A stretch of 64,000 bases of DNA from Laetmonice hystrix. Its lineage: Eukaryota. This document shows, piece by piece, positions 26,694 through 40,770 of this stretch. The notes below the pieces were generated by a model. That model was not told the origin of the DNA and did no database searches. It saw nothing but the letters and a program-made list of their open reading frames with translations. The translations under genes and the position numbers were made by a program. Location: positions 70,370,001 through 70,434,000 of the forward strand of contig OZ249436.1 in NCBI GenBank assembly GCA_965235115.1, in the 5' to 3' direction. Position 1 is the stretch's first letter. Each line of letters begins with the position of its first letter.

Positions 26694-27266
26694 CTCGCCC
26701 CCTATCTAACATACTACACCATGGCATAGACAAAAAAGGTCCCTTTTGATCAAGTCGGTAAGGAGCCGTGAGGTCATAAAGAGGCGGGTAAAAAGTGTTC
26801 TTGTTAGCCCTAACCCCCATTATCGGTCATATGGTGAGGTCATGTCCAGGTACTCCGGCTGACTTTATCGCGACCCCTGGTTTAGGTATCACAAGGCACA
26901 ACGGCGCCCTTAACTGTGCGAAACCTTACGTACCGTTCTGTTATCTGTGACGAAGTCTTAAGGCCTTTCATGTCGGCGGTTGAAAGACACTGCAATCCAA
27001 TTTCACACAGGCATCAGCGCAGATGAAGGCATGCATAATCATCTGTCCCTCTCAAGCATGCGTACATGATGTGTTTGACCTAATAACTTCAGGCACGTGA
27101 TCTTTTACAGTTGTCTCTAACGTGTTCATTAAAAAAAAAACATAATTTCCATTCATATGAGTCGGTCGTTCACACACCGACGCGCACGTTTTCGTCTGTT
27201 TCCCCATGACGTTCACGTACCAAGCACCTGGGTCCGCATCGAGGAAAAATACCTCCTGGGATGATG

Positions 27267-29248
27267 CTGACTGAGTTCCTGGACGCCAACACCCACTCAC
27301 ACCACACATCCTGACGGAGTTCCTGGACGCCAACACCCCCTCACACCACACATCCTGACTGAGTTCATGGACGCCAACACCCACTCACACCACACATCCT
27401 GACTGAGTTCATGGACGCCAACACCCACTCACACCACACATCCTGACGGAGTTCATGGACGCCAACACCCAATCACACCACACATCCTGACTGAGTTCAT
27501 GGACGCCAACACCCACTCACACCACACATCCTGACTGAGTTCATGGCCGCCAAAACCCACTCACACCACACATCCTGACGGAGTTCATGGACGCCAACAC
27601 CCACTCACACCACACATCCTGACGGAGTTCCTGGACGCCAACACCCCCTCACACCACACATCCTGACTGAGTTCATGGACGCCAACACCCACTCACACCA
27701 CACATCCTGACTGAGTTCATGGCCGCCAAAACCCACTCACACCGCACATCCTGACGGCGTTCATGGACGCCAACACCCACTCACACCACACATCCTGACG
27801 GAGTTCATGGACGCCAACACCCACTCACACCACACATCCTGACGGAGTTCATGGACGCCAACACCCACTCACACCACACATCCTGACGGAGTTCATGGAC
27901 GCCAACACACACTCACACGACACATCCTGACGGAGTTCATGGACGCCAACACACATTCACACGACACATCCTGACGGAGTTCATGGACGCCAACACCCAC
28001 TCACACCACACATCCTGACGGAGTTCATGGACGCCAACACCCACTCGCACCGCACATCCTGACGGAGTTCATGGACGCCAACACCCACTCACACGACACA
28101 TCCTGACGGAGTTCATGGCCGCCAACACCCACTCACACGACACATCCTGACGGAGTTCATGGACACCAACACCCACTCACACCACACATCCTGACGGAGT
28201 TCATGGACGCCAACACCCACTCACACCACACATCCTGACTGAGTTCATGGACGCCAACACCCACTCACACCACACATCCTGACTGAGTTCATGGACGCCA
28301 ACACCCACTCACACCACACATCCTGACTGAGTTCATGGACGCCAACACCCACTCACACCACACATCCTGACGGAGTTCCTGGACGCCAACACCCACTCAC
28401 ACCACACATCCTGACTGAGTTCATGGACGCCAACACCCACTCACACCACACATCCTGACTGAGTTCATGGCCGCCAAAACCCACTCACACCGCACATCCT
28501 GACGGCGTTCATGGACGCCAACACCCACTCACACCACACATCCTGACGGAGTTCATGGACGCCAACACCCACTCACACGACACATCCTGACGGAGTTCAT
28601 GGCCGCCAACACCCACTCACACCACACATCCTGACGGAGTTCATGGACACCAACACCCACTCACACCACACATCCTGACGGAGTTCATGGACGCCAACAC
28701 CCACTCACACCACACATCCTGACGGAGTTCATGGCCGCCAACACCCACTCACACGACACATCCTGACGGAGTTCATGAACGCCAACACCCACTCACACGA
28801 CACATCCTGACGGAGTTCATGGACGCCAACACCCACTCACACGACACATCCTGACGGAGTTCATGGACACCAACACCCACTCACACGACACATCCTGACT
28901 GAGTTCATGGACCCCAACACACACTCACACGACACATCCTGACGGAGTTCATGGACGCCAACACCCACTCACACCACACATCCTGACGGAGTTCATGGAC
29001 GCCAACACCCACTCACACCACACATCCTGACTGAGTTCATGGACGCCAACACCCACTCACACCACACATCCTGACGGAGTTCATGGACGCCAACACCCAC
29101 TCACACCACACATCCTGACGGAGTTCATGGACGCCAACACCCACTCACACCACACATCCTGACGGAGTTCATGGACGCCAACACCCACTCACACCACACA
29201 TCCTGACGGAGTTCATGGACGCCAACACCCACTCACACCACACATCCT
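27267..29248. repeat. 44-bp minisatellite, about 45 copies
   Basis: Consensus GACGGAGTTCATGGACGCCAACACCCACTCACACCACACATCCT; period 44 confirmed (27841 to 27885); no spacers. Confidence 0.97.
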
Positions 29249-32200
29249 TTGGCCATTCGCAAAAAGGAGAGACTGGGGACATGACTGGAAAGGGTCCGGT
29301 GGCAGTAGTCGTTAGTCATCTTCAAGAGTAGGATAGTTACTGGCAGCGTTTACACTGCTGTTGATTGATCGTGCTGTTTTAGGCCAGGCTACGGCCTTTA
29401 AGGATTCTGCCGGAGGGTCAGGCCGCAAAGACAGTGAAGAGAAAAAGTGGCGTAATTTTTCATTCATTGACGGAGTGGGTCGTAAATTAATCAACAAGAC
29501 GCGGAGAGACAAAATAAGGCAGTCTCTGGAGGGAATATGGAAAAGTGGCGTCGGAATGGTAATATGTCATCAATGTGCTGCATGGGTCACGTGGCACTCA
29601 GCGTCTTCCTTGATGACTTGTAGTATACCGGGGTTGTAATGGGGAGCTCCGGTGGGTCATTACGTATAGCTCTCACCGAAGTGACCCCCTTCACCTCTCC
29701 ACTCCATGTATATCATTATGCAACACAGCCCACTCAAACATGGCCTTGGGAAAACTCTCGTAGACTTATAATGAAGATATGCGTCTTCTAGAGTTCGAGG
29801 ACAAGAACACCCTGGTAACTGTTGTGTTTACTGAAGAAAACACAGAACCTCGATCTAAAAAGCTATTCATTAGTCATTTTTGCCTCTTTATTGCTTGACC
29901 CTTAAAGTCCTCTCTGGTCTGAGCCGAGCTAGTAAAAGGGGGAAAAGTGTTTGCTCTCCCTTTATTTTCAGCAGGTGTATTCCAGTTGAATGTACACAGG
30001 AGGAGCTATAGACCTGACAAGGTCATGCTTTCATCGACTGCCTCACAGATGGGTGTGTTCTCGTCAGCCCTTCCCAGTAAATCCTCGGCTACAAAGGGGC
30101 AAAAAGCTCAGCAAATTCCGACGAACGTGAGGATGGAGTGTGCACAATCACTATTATTCTCGTTATTCTCCCTGTTTTTCTCTCAGGGACCCTGACTCCA
30201 GCCCAAGGAGTCTAACATGAAAGCTCTCTTGTTTGCCTCTCTATCCCGCGGTTTCTTTTTGTTCCACCTAAGCCCCGACTACACATCCCGGTTCGATTGT
30301 CGTAGATGAGCTAACTGACTCGGCGGTCGAGACAGCAGCGCGTATCGGGACCTATTTGCCCGATCATCATAGCGGGTATTGCATGTCGTAGCATAGCTTT
30401 ACCCGAATAATTGGTTCGAGGCTCAGCCGAAATCTTATTTAACCATGAGTAACAACGAATGCAATATCTACGTTAGTACACTTTTGGAAATCTAACTATC
30501 ACGCCATCTATCATTAATTGAGGGCATTTTAAAGGAAGCGCAAATGTATTCGGTCGACAGCTTACATGACAGCATATATCCACAGCGACGGGCTACACCG
30601 ATTGGCCTCAGGCCTTTCTTATTGGCCAAGAGGAACCACATGACGTTTCAATCGTGAGCGTGAATTAATGCCCGATAATGCATGGCTCGAAATAGCCCGT
30701 CGACCGTTTGCTCTTTGAGCCCAAATTTGGAAGAGGTATACAGGGTCTCTCTGAGCCAGACAGAGAATGTCGAATGTAGACGCACTCAAACGTCTTCCAT
30801 ATACGTCTGTACCGAACGACCTTCCGGTACTAAGATCTTCGTGCAGCGAAGTAATTTCCTATAGACTCCGCACCAAAATATAGTTCTAGCTTCAAATGGT
30901 GCACTCTCGTTAGCACTACGTGTCAAGTCACTGCTCATGCATTACACCATAATTATAACAAGAAACGGGAATTTGAATGATTCGTAAACTGTGATTTTAT
31001 TGGGAGACTGGCTGTGATTCCCCAGCGATCAATACTGTGCGTGTGAATAAGTTGGCGTCGCTGAAATATGAGACTCATTGGCACGCATCAACTTACCTTA
31101 ATGGAGCCGCGTTCATGACATACGAATTCAAAATGACAGCCAAATTGAAATTGGGTGCGTCTCTCTCCATTAAAAATGCACCTCAATTCATGCAACTCAT
31201 TTAGAGTAGGACGAAGTGAATATGGTATTTTAAATAACGCAAAAACTTCGGTATAAAATACTGAAATTAGCGTTTTCTACCACGTTATGTAAGGTTATAT
31301 ATTGACTTTACAGCTTCTCGACTTGTAACGCTATCTTCCGCAAGTCATGAGTTTAATGGGTTTTCACAGTTATGCTTAGCCTACAGACCATGCAGTGATG
31401 CTGAGAACGATGCAATTAAAACGAATAATTTCCTTTACGTCCAAAAATATAGGGCAAATGACGGAGACAATAACAGAGACAAGAGATCCTCGATCAGGCG
31501 TTCTCATCGCTGACGACGTCGACTGACACCGAAGTATATTATAAAACAAGTTTAATGTTTCATGAGAGCTTACCATTCCGACTGGTGTCAGATGCAGATT
31601 GTTCCCCCGTGCAGAACGTGGACCTTTTGCATAATACACAAGAGTCCCCTCCAGTGCAGTTTGGTCCCCTAATCAGTAGCAAGGGGCATTTTGATCGGGA
31701 TGTTTATTAGGGGTTCAGCGCATAATTATTTCAAGTATTTCAAGTGATGTTAAAGGCACAGTTCCGATTCGTGTATATACTTTGCCCATGCAAACGGCAT
31801 GTAAAACCCTAAATTAGAGAAAAACAATAGGCACGGTACAGGGATTTGGGAAAGGAGTTTTAATTATGTTATTTGTTGTTTCTTTTTCTATATTACTCGG
31901 TTTTCCCATCCGTACATGCCAATCTCAAACCAATTTCGTTTTTTTTTTAAATATAGGAATTCCTTCCGATAGCGAATGCACGTTTCTGTTTGATAATAAG
32001 GTGTGACTGAAGGGACGTTATTAATAAAGCTATGCTCGAAATAAAGCTCGAAACAAAGGGTGTTTTCATTCGCCTTAGAACTTTCTCCTTCCTCTCATAT
32101 TAACATGAAACATACCTCCTCTAATTATACTCTATCGTCTTATTCCTGCAGGGACATACTCAGATAGCAAAACATCACATTCCATGGTCACCTACAGGTT

Positions 32201-32324
32201 CAAAGTGGTTTTAAATATTGGTCAAGTAATTCTTATTGTTTGTGACGCAATTGACCGTTGTTTCAACTGCACACCATCTGAATTCAACTCCCAGTAGCGC
32301 ATACACAATGAAGGGAATGCGCAG

Positions 32325-32704
32325 CAGGGCCCCGTTTCATAACTAATAACGCAGCTGCGTTATTAACGCAGATGCGCAAATAGCTTCATTTGAGGTTAAT
32401 GTGTTGCATAACTAATAACGCAACGCACTATGCGTTCATAGCACGCGTTGTCTGGCTCCAAAAGCGTTTAATTAACGCGCACCTATAAGGGTCTGTGCTA
32501 ACTTCCCATTATAAAATATAAAGCTGGCAATTCTACGAAAATACGTAACGTGGATAATTAAATTGAAAAGCAGGGGAGACCGGGGACAATTGTAACATGC
32601 TTATGAAATACTTTAACGCAACGATCGGTATCTTCATCGTTCGCTAATAACGCACTTGTGCCTTGTTAGTGTGCGTTCGCTGTTAGTTATTAAACGGGGC
32701 CCTG
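32325..32704. mobile_element. MITE with TIR CAGGGCCCCGTTT(C/A)ATAACTAA
   Basis: About 21-bp inverted ends; internal TAATAACGC repeats; the right end overlaps the next element by CTG. Confidence 0.7.
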
Positions 32705-33023
32705 GGTCGGGGCCCATAAATGTTACGTCAGAATTTAGATAGCCCATAATCACTTATGTCAAATAGAAGTAACCGACGTAACTGACGTAAGGGGCTTATT
32801 TCTCCGCAGGTGGAGCCTGCCTGCGTAACTTCCTAAAATAAGAATTAATATACGAAACTTTGAATTAATGTAGTTTATAATGTTACATCAACATATATGA
32901 AGTTTCATGGTGGTACCAGGAACATACTGGATGTGGTCCCATTAATGTTTTAATAAAAATTGATGTTGCGTTGAAATAAAGGCCCACATCGCGCCAAAGA
33001 AAAGTCCCTACCGACGGCTCTCA
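32702..33023 (+). mobile_element. Truncated copy of the CTGGGTCGGGGCCC MITE
   Basis: About 95% identical to 17832-18150; stops at GGCTCTC. Confidence 0.9.
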
Positions 33024-33272
33024 GGTTTTTTACGTGTAATACTAATGTTACATATGTAAGTTATAGAAAACTCCGGTAGTTCCATAATGCCGTGCTCACT
33101 AGAATATTTTATTACTTCGCCATATCACCATTACGGCATAGATTAGTTTCATTTCTAGATATAGTTTTGCCCGCATTGGCGACCGCCATTTTGTCAATTT
33201 GTGGCCAATCAGTCCGCGATCCGAGTCGAAACAAATGCAACTGCCACTTCATAAGCTCGTGTCATTACAACC

Positions 33273-34900
33273 TTTTTTTATTGACCATACTTAACCAGGG
33301 TGTCCCGCTCGACCAGGTACCGTCACAAATGCAGGGCCCACACATTACATTTCAGTGTTTACGTAGATCAATTCATTATAACATTTGATACTGTAAAACG
33401 CATCCACTAATAAACTACTAATTTTATCTAAACCTGATGGTTTTTCTAATGAAATTTCTTTGAGACTTTTGAGGCAGCTGATCTTTTGTAACCTCTTCAA
33501 AGACAAAGAACTTCATGTGGCTTCTTTCATAATGATTATAATCAATATTTTGTGCTGGTAATTTGTCAGCAAGTTTTCTTCTTTCCACCAATATTTACAA
33601 TGTAGTCGGTTTACTGTTTAGGTGAGGGACTAATGTTTTTATATATTTCCTAAATTTATTCTTATCTTTCTCGTGGTCCTTTAATTAAATTTTGATAATG
33701 TGTAAAAAGAATGCCTCGTTCACAATAGTATTGTGTACCTTATGTGCATGTAAAGCTCGTAATTCTTTGTGATTCGTTCCTGTTGTATTTTAAGGTATCT
33801 CTATGTACTTCAAATTCCAGTAACTGTCTGGTCATCCATTCAGGTCTATTAACAGTTACTTTTTATAAGGGCACATATGGTTAACTTCGTCCTCAATAGC
33901 CTTGTAAATCATGCCCTACATATCACCAATATTGTCAAGCAGATCAAATATAGACCAACTCAAATTTGATATATTATCTTAAAACTTTTTTTTATCATAG
34001 TGTTTATAAAAACTTCTGCAGTGGACATGCGTTTTCTCTCTAGAGGTGTGTGTTCTTTTCTTAATTATATCTATACGGGCAGACATGATCACTTAGGCCT
34101 ACATTACATTCAATACAATCTAACGCGTATGTGTTTTATGTTGGTAAAAAAAATAACATCGATACAGATGAGAGAGATGGGACTTTTAAATGGACTTATG
34201 GTTTGTTATGTGCTTATATTTCGGCGAACATCACGTGCTGGTATGAGACACCAACACCAGCTCAGACTCATCTGAATCCTTCACCTGGATGTCTAAGAAC
34301 ATAGTGATAAAAATAAGATCGATTAAGGAACTGTCACCTCTATGTATTCTAGTACTTTTCTTAATTATCTGTTTCAGATTAAATTCATCTTCAATTGATG
34401 TACATGTAAGTAACTTGTGATAATGAGAGTTGAGACCGGAATATTCAATATTTAAATCCCTTACTATTACAGCTTCACATCTATCTAATTTGCTTACTTG
34501 ATAAGGGCAGGTCTTAATAGTGTTTACAGCGTGTTCAGGATTGCCACAAGATGGCCTGTAGCAATTCACTTGTACAATTTTCTTAGCATTAATACCGGCA
34601 ATAAGTACAGCTTGCATTCCCATGTCAGTACCTGAAATCTGTGTAAAAATATCACATTTGATTTCGTCTCTCAAGCACCTCCTCTTCTTTTCCGACTTTT
34701 CATTCCTGATTAAATTATAACCTTCTAATTGTATGAGTTCTAGTATTAATTCAGGTTTACACCAAGTTTCTGTAAAACATAATAGATTTGTGTGGGGAGT
34801 GAAGCTATTATGAATAATATCTAATATAAGACTACTGTTAGATATACCTTCCTACGGTCGGATGAATTCTCGAATATTATTCTGAATGTCATGCAGAAAA
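33273..34900 (-). mobile_element. Decayed CR1/L2-group LINE: APE endonuclease and linker joined to a 3' tail, RT absent
   Basis: Minus strand gives TETW..EGYNLIR, NCYRPS, VIVRDLNI (GDFN site), LKQIIKKSTR, SSLIDLIF, CPYKKV..PEWMT and KPSGLDKI, then a LINE-like 3' end ...CCCTGGTTAAGTATGGTCAATAAAAAAA. Confidence 0.75.
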
Positions 34901-37351
34901 ATTAGGCATTTTCTTGAACCGCCTCTCGATATCGTGAATCTGTCATGCGTCTGTACCTCTCTGTAAACTAGTTTTTTTCTCGCTAGAAATATCCAGCTTG
35001 CGGATAGGACTGGTGGTCTAGTCTATCTGTAAACAAGCCGAGGGCGCATGCGCCAAGGCGCGTGCGTATCACGTGATGCCAAGAAAGCACATGGCAAAGG
35101 GGCGTGAACCGTCGATTCTGAGTATCGTGGGGTTGTTCCGAAATGGCGATAATCTTGCGCCCTTTGTTTATTAATCAATGTCAATGAAAGACCACATCAC
35201 CGAAACAGCAAAAGAAGTTGCTTTCAGTCAGACAAACGCGCCACACCCTTTTTGTAGAAATTTTATTTCTACTATTCAACAACAATGTTTTCCCCCATTT
35301 TACAGATTGATGTTTGGGGTACAGGTCGTCCTCCCGATGCCTCGGGCATGGACAACAATATGTCAACAAGTCCTCTACAATCATGAAATGAAAGTCTAAT
35401 ATCGGAGACAGTCTTTAAAGATTGCAATAAGCTTCACCCCGTGGCTACGGGAAGTGGGATAACGTAGTGAATTCGTTGTCCAGAAGGGGGATCTCCCTTC
35501 CAGTTACTCCCGTGGCTACTGGAAGAGTAACGTCAGACTCCTGTAGCAGTTGGGCCCGACGGCCTCTGGAGACCAAAGGACGCCTTCCAAGAACAGGAGG
35601 CGCTAGGGGTGGCGGCGGGTACCAACTTGATCAGGCAGTGTCTTGATGTAAAGTGACCGATCTCAAACACGTATATGCGACAGTTAAAACTCCCGCCAGG
35701 GGGAATTCCCATCATGCTCTACCCAACATGCAGTTCCGTCATGTGCGCACTCAAAACTCGCGCTTGTTGTCCGACTGAAATGCTATTTCGCTCACGAAAT
35801 TCCGTTTTTTAACTTTCTACCGATATGCCTCTTTTAATACTGACTAGAAAGAGTTCGCCTGTTACGGCTTGGGAGTTGGCGGTCCGGGTTAGGGCTCTGG
35901 GCAGTAGGAAGTGTAGCCTTTCTAATCATGAAAGCGGCGAATGAAATACTTCAAAGATTGTCCGTTTCCCATCCCATTTTTAAGACGCATTAATTAATGT
36001 TTGTCCTCTGGGAATGGTCAACATCATAAGACTCATATATGAACCAGCTCAAGATATAGCCTGTATCTTTTTTTCCATCTCTAACTTTTATTTTTCATGG
36101 AAGCTTGCCTTCGTCCCCTCGACAAATATCGCACACTGTTACAGAAAATCCACTTTAGTCAATTATACTTCGAATGATTTCTTCACCTTAAAAACACCTT
36201 ATTGTAGATCGCCAGCTTTCTCGTTCCGCGTTCTGTGAAACTTAGAAACTCGGTTTTTTCATAACTTTAATTATTCAATTCACTTCATGGTCTGGATTTG
36301 GTATACACTCTGCGTCGTCTGGAAGATAAGGAAGACCAATTAGTTTATAATTCGATTACCGTTGCCTCTACGCTAATCTTTCCTGATAATATATAGCTAG
36401 AACAGACAGAGAAAGATTTTAAACTTCAAAGAGAGTGGTCTGTGTAGATGTCCTTGGATGCCTATCACAACCAAGCCACTATTCATAAGTTGGAACTTAG
36501 ACACTATTTGTTAGGAGCATAATATTTCTCGATAACTTTCTTAACCGGCTGCTTGGTTCAGCAAGGAATCGAATGACATTCGTGCTGCAGCCGGTGAGCC
36601 CTATCATTTCAAAGGCATTGAAAACACCCCATGGCAGGCCTTGTTATTTAAGAGTTATTGTAATTATTAAATATTGCGATAATTGAACTATTTTTGGTCA
36701 AATTTCAGTCCTTTAAAACGCTGGCTGTCTGGTACCTATTCAGCGTTTCAAATGATACCCAGCTGATAATTCTCAGCAAACGACGTTCTCGTTTTCACTA
36801 TTTTATTTTCGAGTATTATGGTAAAATGGAATTGATGGGGTATTTTCGAAGACAACTGAAAAAGGTGTAACAATAGATTTAAGCTTCGCGCAGCTGGAAG
36901 AATGTCTCTGAACACGCAATGAGACTGTTAAGTCACAGTTTTTGGTAGTGATTTTGCAAACTTCGACGACCTACTTCACGTGAGACCTCTATAGCAAGGG
37001 AACGGCTCAGCAGGTCTAAAGAGTTCTGATGAGACTATTATTGCAAGCAATCTGTACATTTTTGGCAACCTGAGGTCGATCGCCTTACTGTACATTAGGT
37101 GCATGACATTTGTAGTAAAGGCCCGCCGAAAGGTTATCTAACCGATACCCGACATTGTGTGGCAGGTCATTACTGGGTAAATCGTAAATTTCATTCTACG
37201 TACTGCTACTGAAATTCTGTTTAGCCTATCATTATAATGATAATTTTCTTGTAATGTTATTATGCGTACCAACCCTGTGTATGTAGTGGACTAGCAAAAG
37301 GGTCGATGTCAGCTTGATGCGCAGTATAACCCCACCTCACTAACGGCCGAC

Positions 37352-37594
37352 CTGGCAGGTGTGAACGGAATGTAAGTCCGCCTGAATGGAGGTCCGCCGG
37401 ACCTGGATTCCTAGGTTATGCAGGTCCTAGGTCACCCACTTCGTGGTATAAGACAATAGAATACAAACGGATTAGGATTAAGGTTAGGATTAGAGATACA
37501 GGAATATGAAGAAATATTTAAATAATACAACATCACAGACTTCAAGTCCTAGGACCTGCATTTCAGACTTGGATGTCTGTCACACCTGTCCCAG
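37352..37594. mobile_element. Small inverted-repeat element with GGATTAGG/GGTTAGG core
   Basis: Outer CTGGCAGGTGTGA / TCACACCTGTCCCAG and perfect inner 14-bp pair ATGCAGGTCCTAGG (37418-37431) / CCTAGGACCTGCAT (37548-37561). Confidence 0.6.
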
Positions 37595-37745
37595 ACGCCA
37601 TGTTCGCTTGATGGCCGCACTGCAGACATCTTTACAACAGATCGGCAGTTTCTCGATGGTACCATCGATCGCTGTAATAATCTTGTTTACTCGAGGCAAC
37701 AATGGTGAACGTGCTGTCACGATCATCGCTACTTCATGTGGTATA

Positions 37746-37820
37746 CTCTTCTTCTTCTTCATCTTCATCTTCATCTTCTTCTTCTTCTTCTTCTTCTTCT
37801 TCTTCTTCTTCTTCTTCTTC
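37746..37820. repeat. (TTC)n microsatellite
   Basis: Directly visible. Confidence 0.95.
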
Positions 37821-40409
37821 GAACATTCTGTCCGTTCAGCGCCTCTTTAGTACAGCTCGACGACGACGTCGGGATTTATGAAGCCAAAACTAGGATGGTG
37901 TAGTAGGGAAGCATTAAGTCAGTAAACTTACTTCATTTCGTTATCAAATTCATTACTGAATCCAGGTAAGGGGTTCAATGTTTACACCAGGAACTATGAC
38001 CGCCATATTAGTTCCTATCCATAAGATCATGCGCAGTTGGTACAGGAAATGGAGAAAAGGAAATGACGAGGCGCCGCGGAGGGTATAAATACAAGCAAAC
38101 GGTCAAGGTTGGGTCCTCAACATCTGTCGATACGAAGTGAACGAACGTCCCACCTCCACCCTGACTTCATTTTCGTCATCATTTTTTGTGGAGAATATTC
38201 ATCTACGATTATTTAGCTGTATTTGCTGGGGCTTAGGTGTTGGGTAGAGTTAAGGGGAAGGGTAACCCGGGGTCAGCGTGGCTGCCCTGGTTTTGGGGGT
38301 TGGTTGGGTTCCCTGGGAGGTTTTTTCGGGTTGCTTCCTTTCTGCCCATGTTGTCTCCACCTAATAAGGCAGAACAACAATTTCTATCCTACACATATGG
38401 ATTTTGATACAACTATATACAGATTTATAAAGTGTTGTTTGTTATCATGTGATATAATTATTCAACTTCCTTGTGTAGTCTTCACGACGGGGTTCAACTT
38501 TTTGTATAGAGTCCTCTTACTGGGGATCGACGGGTTACAATACTATCCTCTTCTCCGAGTTTTGACTTCATAAAGACATTTCTGACAGGTATAAATATTC
38601 AGCACTAGCTACGGGGAATTTCTTCAACAACCTAACACCATTGGCGTAGAACGATTTGTAAGGCGAAATTAGGGTTACTATGTAAAACGGCGATGTGGGG
38701 AAAACAGACATGAAAAAATTACATATAATATTACGGCGAAGTTCCCTAAGGTGTGAAAGCCACCATGTCCCCCGTATCAACTTTCCCACGCCTGTCTGCC
38801 GGTGATAATTCCCATTCCTACACGCCTACCTTATAGTTGTCAACCTACCACCGCAAGGTTCCATAAGGTTGTAAGATTCAACCCCCTTAATCACCTAAAC
38901 TGTTAACCTCGCCTTGACATGTTCAACCCGATCGCCACTGGAAGGGTACCCAGGTTCAACCTTGTTCACCTTTCCGCGGGGTTTAGGCTAACAAATTCAA
39001 ATTGTACTCTTCCGGCACTGTAAGACTCTCGTCCATCACTCTTATTTCCTGGTTGCTTTGAGCAGAAATTAGCCTTGTCGTTTTCCGAAAGCGACCTTTG
39101 ATAGAGGTAGTTGGTTGGCGTTGAGAACTTCAGTCAGTGATTAACATCAAAGTGCTACCTCTCGCTATAGGAAAATGATTTATTATGTGCCAAGCTAATG
39201 AAAGTAATCAGATCTGTTGAAGACCGAGTGAGGAATATTCTCTGATCTTTTATATCTGCCATTTGATACGCGATATAAATGGATTCCCGTTATTGGTCAA
39301 TCAAACGCGGAATGAGAACGGCCTTAGGAATTAGCTCCATGTCAGCTATATGTCTTGCGTTGAATTGCCCATATGTTACTATACTTATCGCTTTATCCAG
39401 CTCGGAGTTGCACATTCCTATACTTTTGAAAAACAATCTAAAAGTAAGACAGACAGCTGCTTGTCAACTCGAATATGAAGAAGATTTAAACCTTTTAAAA
39501 TACGTATACACCTTCTCAAATACGGAACATTCTGAGACTGCAGATGCATTATTCAACATTTCGCTTAGACCCATGAAGCTAGCCACCCGAGCGCTTGATC
39601 GCCGACTTATCCATGTGTAAAGCCTTTAATCCTACTTATCCCTGCCAAAGCTCTTATCCTATCCCAACCGATTCTTTACAAGCGGTTTAATGCTCCAGAT
39701 TTTGCAATTTACTTAAATTCTGTGCACCTGTAGATGTGTTGAAAGTTCACCCAGATATTAAGCGGCAATGGGGGCACAGAAAATGCACCGGTATACTTTC
39801 GATGGCGTTTATTCATGCTCATGGTCATACTGAAATAAAGATGAATAAAAAGGTCATGTCTGCCATTTAATATATCAGTCTACTAGTATACGCTTACCTT
39901 GGTATGTGCGGGAAGGTGCGAGGTGACATACTGCAGCAAAATCAATCGCAGCCGAGGATGTTTAGTAGAAGGTACTGGAGCAAGCGGTTTTTAGCCGTAA
40001 ACTACCCGTAGTGTACCTTATCGGCACCAGCCTAGACCAGTCTATCGACTGAAGACGATGCATAGATATTACTATCGGCATTTTCTAGCGAGATAAATGC
40101 GCTGTGTTGATTGCAGTGTTGCAGACAGCATGGTGTCTGATAGACGCCAACTGGTCCGAGAGTCCATCAGGGGGTGACCAGCTGATCCTAGGCAAGCATT
40201 CTCCTCGTCTATAAGATCTAAAAACACATGCGCTTGGGTGGCCAGTCTAGAGCACAATATGGCATTTCTTCAAGTTCGCTGATATGAGAACCTGCCAAAT
40301 TAAAAATAATGTATGCAGTAATGAGGTAAAGAGGATGGACATTGAAAAGGGCAGGGAGAGCCGTGAACCTCGTGTTGTTTTGGAGGAAAGGAACTTAATT
40401 GCAGCCACA

Positions 40410-40770
40410 TATATTATTTATTTATTTATTTATTTATTTTTGTTTATATATTTAAACATATTTACTGGAACAAGGCACAGGATTTAAGATCAAGGTACAC
40501 GAGGTTACGTCCTTGTGACTCGTTTAAATATCCATTTTCATATTTCGCAATAACACCTTTGAAATTATTGGAATGTTGATCTTACTAAAATTTAAAAGTC
40601 ACGCGGTGCTGTATAACATTCACTGCTAAACTTTTCACCAAAGCACCGTAATCGAGATTTAATTCAGTGAAAAGAGCACTCGAAAAAAGACTAATTTGCA
40701 TTTCGGCAACAAATGGATTCCTAATTGTATTTGAGTGTAATTTGAAAGTCTTTAATTCGCCCTGTGGCAA
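40410..40770 (-). mobile_element. Probable 5'-truncated LINE 3' end with (TAAA)n tail
   Basis: Minus strand HSNTIRNP...YGALVKSL...NNFKGVI resembles the L2-group C-terminus, followed by a CACAAGG-containing UTR and a (TAAA)n tail. Confidence 0.4.

Noticed and set aside
27267-29248. CRISPR-like array
   Set aside because: Units are contiguous with no unique spacers, there are no cas genes, and the context is eukaryotic.
31660-31685. miR-133-like TTTGGTCCCCT
   Set aside because: Only 11 nt match and no precursor hairpin is evident.
33287-33300. U1 snRNA-like start ATACTTAACCAGG
   Set aside because: No similarity beyond the first bases; better explained as the reverse strand of a LINE 3' end.
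5336-37850. ORFs with LSLSLS, RERERE, FFFF or IHPS runs
   Set aside because: Translation artefacts of microsatellites.
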